Assembly: GCA_965197925.1 (NCBI GenBank)
Contig: CBDAOC010000002.1
Span: 1 to 50,154, forward strand
Direction of reading: 5' to 3'
DNA from: Nitrososphaerales archaeon
GTDB lineage: Archaea; Thermoproteota; Nitrososphaeria; Nitrososphaerales; UBA213
DNA length: 50,154 bases
In this document: positions 46,601 through 50,154 of the stretch, one piece after another
Numbering within the stretch: position 1 is the stretch's first letter
How the letters are laid out: each line of letters begins with the position of its first letter
Made by a program: the position numbers and the translations under genes
The notes under the pieces: generated by a model
What the model saw: only the letters and a program-made list of their open reading frames with translations
The model's database searches: none
Told to the model about the DNA's origin: nothing

Positions 46601-46957
46601 ATGAAAAAATGGAGTATGCAAAAAAAAGTTGATTGTATAGGTTGGATAGCCGTAGCCCTTGGGGTAGGGTTTATACTACTTGTATTGTGGGGGGCGGCAG
46701 AAGCCCAGGCAGTTGACCCCGATAGTATTACTGAGGGGCAGAAAGAGTACGATTTCTGTATAATGAATGAAACTTATCATAATGCAGGGGCGACCATAAA
46801 GTGCGTTAATTCAGCAGCTACAAAGTATATTGAAGAGCACGGACAGGAGAAATATCAGGAAGTTGGGGTGAGAGAAGTGGGGATACTTTGCTTTCATTCA
46901 GGTGCTAAGGTTGTTTTAGCTTTAGTAGAAAACTGTAAAAGTCATTTAGAGGAGTGA
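46601..46957 (+). CDS. Membrane-anchored or secreted Cys-containing protein
   Basis: Hydrophobic N-terminal helix ending AEAQA; AAGGAG SD. Confidence 0.7.
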   Translation: MKKWSMQKKVDCIGWIAVALGVGFILLVLWGAAEAQAVDPDSITEGQKEYDFCIMNETYHNAGATIKCVNSAATKYIEEHGQEKYQEVGVREVGILCFHSGAKVVLALVENCKSHLEE

Positions 46958-47064
46958 GTTTTGGGGAGATAAGTGAGTGTGGTGGTTATGACGGCTGTAA
47001 TACGCTGTCTAAGGTCTTGTTTTGGGTCATTGACCCTAGTGGACAAGTGTGTAGTTTATTTCCC

Positions 47065-47093
47065 TTGACTTTAGCCCCGTAAGAATTTATAAT
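47065..47093 (+). promoter_or_regulatory. Promoter TTGACT-N17-TATAAT
   Basis: Hexamers at 47065-47070 and 47088-47093. Confidence 0.8.
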
Positions 47094-47124
47094 ACCCTGA
47101 ACGAATACTAATAGGTTTAAAAAT

Positions 47125-47406
47125 ATGAACAAATCAAACGATTTTTACTTGACTTTTATGAGTTTAAATTATACAATATACCTCGCTAAAGTCAATAAAG
47201 ACACATATTATAAAAGGTACGGTGACAAAACTAAAGGATTACGGTTCTGGGACCTTGTAGAAGAATTAGACTTAAAAGTCATACTGTCTGATTTTAGTAA
47301 TGCTAAAAGTCTTATAAGCAATGAGCAATATGAGAATTTAGTCAGCACTGCGGACTTAATTTCAAGAGAAGAGAGAGGATTAATTAAATGTCAGTATTTA
47401 CAATAG
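47125..47406 (+). CDS. Hypothetical protein
   Basis: 93-aa ORF after a promoter; start uncertain. Confidence 0.55.
   Translation: MNKSNDFYLTFMSLNYTIYLAKVNKDTYYKRYGDKTKGLRFWDLVEELDLKVILSDFSNAKSLISNEQYENLVSTADLISREERGLIKCQYLQ
47149..47177 (+). promoter_or_regulatory. Internal promoter TTGACT-N17-TACAAT
   Basis: Hexamers at 47149-47154 and 47172-47177. Confidence 0.55.
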
Positions 47407-47639
47407 CCAAAAAACGGAGCACAAAGGCTCGTAGAGCCCTAAAAAACTTAGACGAGCATGTTCACATAATTAGGAAAAGACGCAATCCTAGTGACTCACA
47501 GAGCAAATTAGCACTAGGTGAGATTATAGTGGAGCTTTGGGAGTTGCAGCATAGAATGTTTATACACAGTAATCTTGAAATAAATGGAATATCTCAAGAT
47601 TTAAGTCGAATAATTCAAAGATATGAACATTTAACATAG
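47388..47639 (+). CDS. Hypothetical basic protein
   Basis: GAGGA SD; 83 aa. Confidence 0.6.
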   Translation: MSVFTIAKKRSTKARRALKNLDEHVHIIRKRRNPSDSQSKLALGEIIVELWELQHRMFIHSNLEINGISQDLSRIIQRYEHLT

Positions 47640-47645
47640 AAAGAG

Positions 47646-47912
47646 GTGAAAAAATTGAAATTTCAGAAAAAAGCGATACAGGATTATTGTCTAAAACATT
47701 GGTTTCCTATATCAGTTATATTGTTAATTATAGTAATAGTGCTGTTTGGTGGTTGTGGACTTAGTGAGAGAACTAGACCATGTGATGTTAAGTACAAGTT
47801 TCAGGATGAAGATAAAAAGATTTTTATTGAACTTGAAGCTAAAAACATAGAAGATTGTCAACCTTATATGCATCAGAAGATTGACGAGGTTGAACTTAGG
47901 GAGGTGCAATAA
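47646..47912 (+). CDS. Putative lipoprotein / membrane protein
   Basis: Hydrophobic helix ending LFGG-C. Confidence 0.65.
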   Translation: MKKLKFQKKAIQDYCLKHWFPISVILLIIVIVLFGGCGLSERTRPCDVKYKFQDEDKKIFIELEAKNIEDCQPYMHQKIDEVELREVQ

Positions 47913-47913
47913 T

Positions 47914-47988
47914 GTGTGGGAATTTATATTCTTTAGTTGCTGCTGGCTTCTTTTTTGGGGTATGATATTCTATTTCATATTGAGATAA
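47914..47988 (+). CDS. 24-aa hydrophobic peptide (not in the ORF track)
   Basis: GGAGGT 8 nt before GTG; MWEFIFFSCCWLLFWGMIFYFILR; fills the gap before the small terminase. Confidence 0.45.
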   Translation: MWEFIFFSCCWLLFWGMIFYFILR

Positions 47989-47992
47989 TCAG

Positions 47993-48481
47993 ATGAAATA
48001 CTATTTCAAACAAAGTGATATTATAGATGAATCCGCGACAGACTTAAAAGGTGTACTTCATGAGATTACTGAAAAAGGTCTTAAGAAGATCAAGGCACTT
48101 ATAGTCAACTCCAAGACTGACCCTAAAATTAGAGGAGCTATCATTTGTCAGAAGGTGGCTGAAGGTGATGCTATTGTAAACATTGTAAAGCAAAACCCTT
48201 GGACTCCTTCAGCAGTTGAGTTTTTTGTGTGGATTAAGAAACACAAACAACTACTTGACTGGTATCAAGACGCTCTAAAGATTAGAGATCATATAGTAAT
48301 TGATAAGGTATATGCCAAGATAAAAGACTTGGACTATGGGGCAGATGAAAACATAGAGAAAGTAACATCTGTATTAAATGAAATGAAAAAAGCCCTTAAA
48401 GATAAAGACAAAGATACATTTAAAGAGGCGATTCAAATATATTCACCTGTAGTTAAAAAATGGACTTATGGTAAAAAATGA
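47993..48481 (+). CDS. Terminase small subunit
   Basis: Directly upstream of and coupled to the large subunit; IICQKVAEG...FFVWIKK...YQDA HTH-like pattern and C-terminal KKWTYGKK. Confidence 0.7.
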   Translation: MKYYFKQSDIIDESATDLKGVLHEITEKGLKKIKALIVNSKTDPKIRGAIICQKVAEGDAIVNIVKQNPWTPSAVEFFVWIKKHKQLLDWYQDALKIRDHIVIDKVYAKIKDLDYGADENIEKVTSVLNEMKKALKDKDKDTFKEAIQIYSPVVKKWTYGKK

Positions 48482-49872
48482 TAATTAATATAATACCCAA
48501 GAAGCTCTACGCATGGCAGAAAAAATTTGTTGATGGTATGAGACGGTATAATATACTTGTAGGTCCTAGACAGCACGGGAAAACTGAGCTTATAGGAGAG
48601 CTTGTAAAGTCCGTAGCTTATGCAGACAACATTAAAAATCCTTGGATCAATATGTGTTCTGACACACAAGGAAGAATTAAAGAGCTTTATGGAGAAAGAC
48701 TGAGTGCAATCTTTGGTGTGCATCCAGATTGGAAGTGGCCAAGTAAAGGGGAGACACTTGTTAAAATACGCCGTCCTCAAGGCGATCATTTCTTTATAAA
48801 TATCTTCGGCTCAGTCCAGCAACCTACAGCCCCTGAAGGTAGAACAGCACACTTTAATGTCGTAGATGAAGCAGGGTATGTAGATAAGAGATATATTAAA
48901 GAGTCTCTCATGCCTACTGCTGATGAAACTAGAGGTCCTACAATTATTGCTGGAACTGTTAATCCTGGGGATTTTTACTCTCTTTATTCAGAAGCTAGAA
49001 TTAAAATGAAGAAGCCGGATAGCCCTTGGTTTGCTTTTGATTTTATGTTAGGGGATAAATACAGTAGAGAGTGTAGAACTGAGAAGGACATACAAGAAAT
49101 CAAAGACCGTTATAATATGGATGATCCAGAAGAAAGAATACAATTCGAGAAGATGTATATGTGTAACTGGTTTGCAGGTATGAGTGGAACTCCATTTGCC
49201 GCACCTTACTATCAAGCCGAGAGAGACGGAAGAATTGGTAAGTTTCCTTTTGATCCGAACTATAAGGTAGGTACATGTTGGGATAATGGATTAGGGTACA
49301 AGGCTATATGGTTTTGGCAGATAATTCATTTTCAACCTCGCTTTGTTGGTTTTATGCAATGGAAAGATGAGTCTTTGAGAAAAGCTTGTTATGATATAAA
49401 GAAATGGTATAGACTAAGAGAAGCTGAACAATACATACATATCTTCCCTCACACTATGAAACAAAGAGAAGAGAGTGACAAGATACCTCTTTGGGAAAAA
49501 GGGATGGATTATTTAGGTTGGAGTGGAGATTACATAAAAAACGGCAAAGCAGGCAATGTGGATAATAAAGTGGACACTTCTATAAATGTTATGGGATCAT
49601 GTCTTTTTGATGAGGACTCTTGTCAACAAGGTCTGTTGTCTCTTCTTAAATATAGAAGAAATGAAAACAAGAGGACAAGAGTTAGAACTGGAAAATTTAT
49701 AAAAGATAATTATTCGCACGGAGCAGAAGCCTTTACTGAATTTTGTACTGCGTGGGATAATGAAGAATTATTTTATGCAGATGACACAAGAACTCACAGA
49801 GGAAACGACAACATCGCGGGTGGAGCCATACAGATAATATCTGAATCTAAGTCGATTTTATCACCCTATTGA
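48478..49872 (+). CDS. terL: Terminase large subunit
   Basis: GPRQHGKT (Walker A), VVDEAG (Walker B), AGT coupling motif, WDNG, HIFPH and SHGAEAF nuclease motifs. Confidence 0.93.
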   Translation: MIINIIPKKLYAWQKKFVDGMRRYNILVGPRQHGKTELIGELVKSVAYADNIKNPWINMCSDTQGRIKELYGERLSAIFGVHPDWKWPSKGETLVKIRRPQGDHFFINIFGSVQQPTAPEGRTAHFNVVDEAGYVDKRYIKESLMPTADETRGPTIIAGTVNPGDFYSLYSEARIKMKKPDSPWFAFDFMLGDKYSRECRTEKDIQEIKDRYNMDDPEERIQFEKMYMCNWFAGMSGTPFAAPYYQAERDGRIGKFPFDPNYKVGTCWDNGLGYKAIWFWQIIHFQPRFVGFMQWKDESLRKACYDIKKWYRLREAEQYIHIFPHTMKQREESDKIPLWEKGMDYLGWSGDYIKNGKAGNVDNKVDTSINVMGSCLFDEDSCQQGLLSLLKYRRNENKRTRVRTGKFIKDNYSHGAEAFTEFCTAWDNEELFYADDTRTHRGNDNIAGGAIQIISESKSILSPY

Positions 49873-49897
49873 CAGTAAATTTTTAATGTGATATAAT
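49869..49897 (+). promoter_or_regulatory. Consensus promoter TTGACA-N17-TATAAT with extended TG
   Basis: Hexamers at 49869-49874 and 49892-49897; TGn precedes the -10. Confidence 0.88.
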
Positions 49898-49915
49898 CCC
49901 ACGAAAGGAGTGGAT

Positions 49916-50119
49916 ATGCAATCAGTTAATTTTATATGCCCAACATGTAAAAAACTTTACAAAATAAAACCAAGTGACACAAGAATAGGTTTACCTAATA
50001 TGTGCAAGCCTTGTGTAAAAGCAAACAAAGAAATCATAAGTAACAGCGGAGAAGGAGACATTCCAGTTGAACCTTCCGTTGTGAATCAAAGTCAGGATTA
50101 TGAAGAAGTAGATGTTTGA
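49916..50119 (+). CDS. Small zinc-finger protein
   Basis: CPTC...CKPC with acidic tail. ATG 49916 follows AAGGAG. Confidence 0.7.
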   Translation: MQSVNFICPTCKKLYKIKPSDTRIGLPNMCKPCVKANKEIISNSGEGDIPVEPSVVNQSQDYEEVDV

Positions 50120-50154
50120 GAAATACGACAATAATTATACAGACTTACCAGACC
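50112..50154 (+). CDS. 5' part of the 63-aa junction-spanning ORF
   Basis: MFEKYDNNYTDLPD, open to the window end and in frame with 1-149. Confidence 0.65.
   Translation, partial: MFEKYDNNYTDLPD

Larger units (their letters stand above)
1..50154. mobile_element. Probably complete podovirus-like phage genome (T7-type virion module, APSE/BPP-1-like replication module, no RNA polymerase)
   Basis: Full set of terminase, portal, capsid, tail, replication and lysis genes. No host genes seen. An ORF continues in frame from 50112-50154 into 1-149. Confidence 0.93.

Noticed and set aside
46954..47082. Small ORFs of 31-42 codons after 46957
   Set aside because: Two competing frames, both running into a promoter; I cannot choose between them.
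1..50154. Stop-codon reassignment, introns/inteins, tRNAs or integrase
   Set aside because: Genes are full length and densely packed under the standard bacterial code, and I saw no corresponding motifs.

Overview
The window looks like a complete, circularly permuted genome of an AT-rich podovirus-type dsDNA phage. A 63-codon ORF reads in frame across the end/start junction, between the terminase and portal genes. Three blocks are visible. (1) Plus strand, 136-28415: portal, an unexpected subtilisin-like protease, scaffold, major capsid, tail tubular A, an enlarged tail tubular B, four probable ejection proteins, a DUF6527-like protein and a multi-gene tail-fibre cluster. (2) Minus strand, 45652 down to 28408: cassette-like early genes, two Ala-repeat paralogues, P-loop kinase, VRR-NUC nuclease, primase-helicase, SNF2-like helicase, DUF2800 nuclease, metallophosphoesterase, DUF2815 SSB, family A DNA polymerase, an HExxH protein, exported proteins and a membrane-anchored GH108 endolysin. 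(3) Plus strand, 46394-50154: small membrane proteins and the terminase subunits. A divergent control region lies at 45653-46393. I see no integrase, repressor, RNA polymerase, reverse transcriptase, tRNA or CRISPR array. All family calls come from motif recognition by eye; no database search was run.
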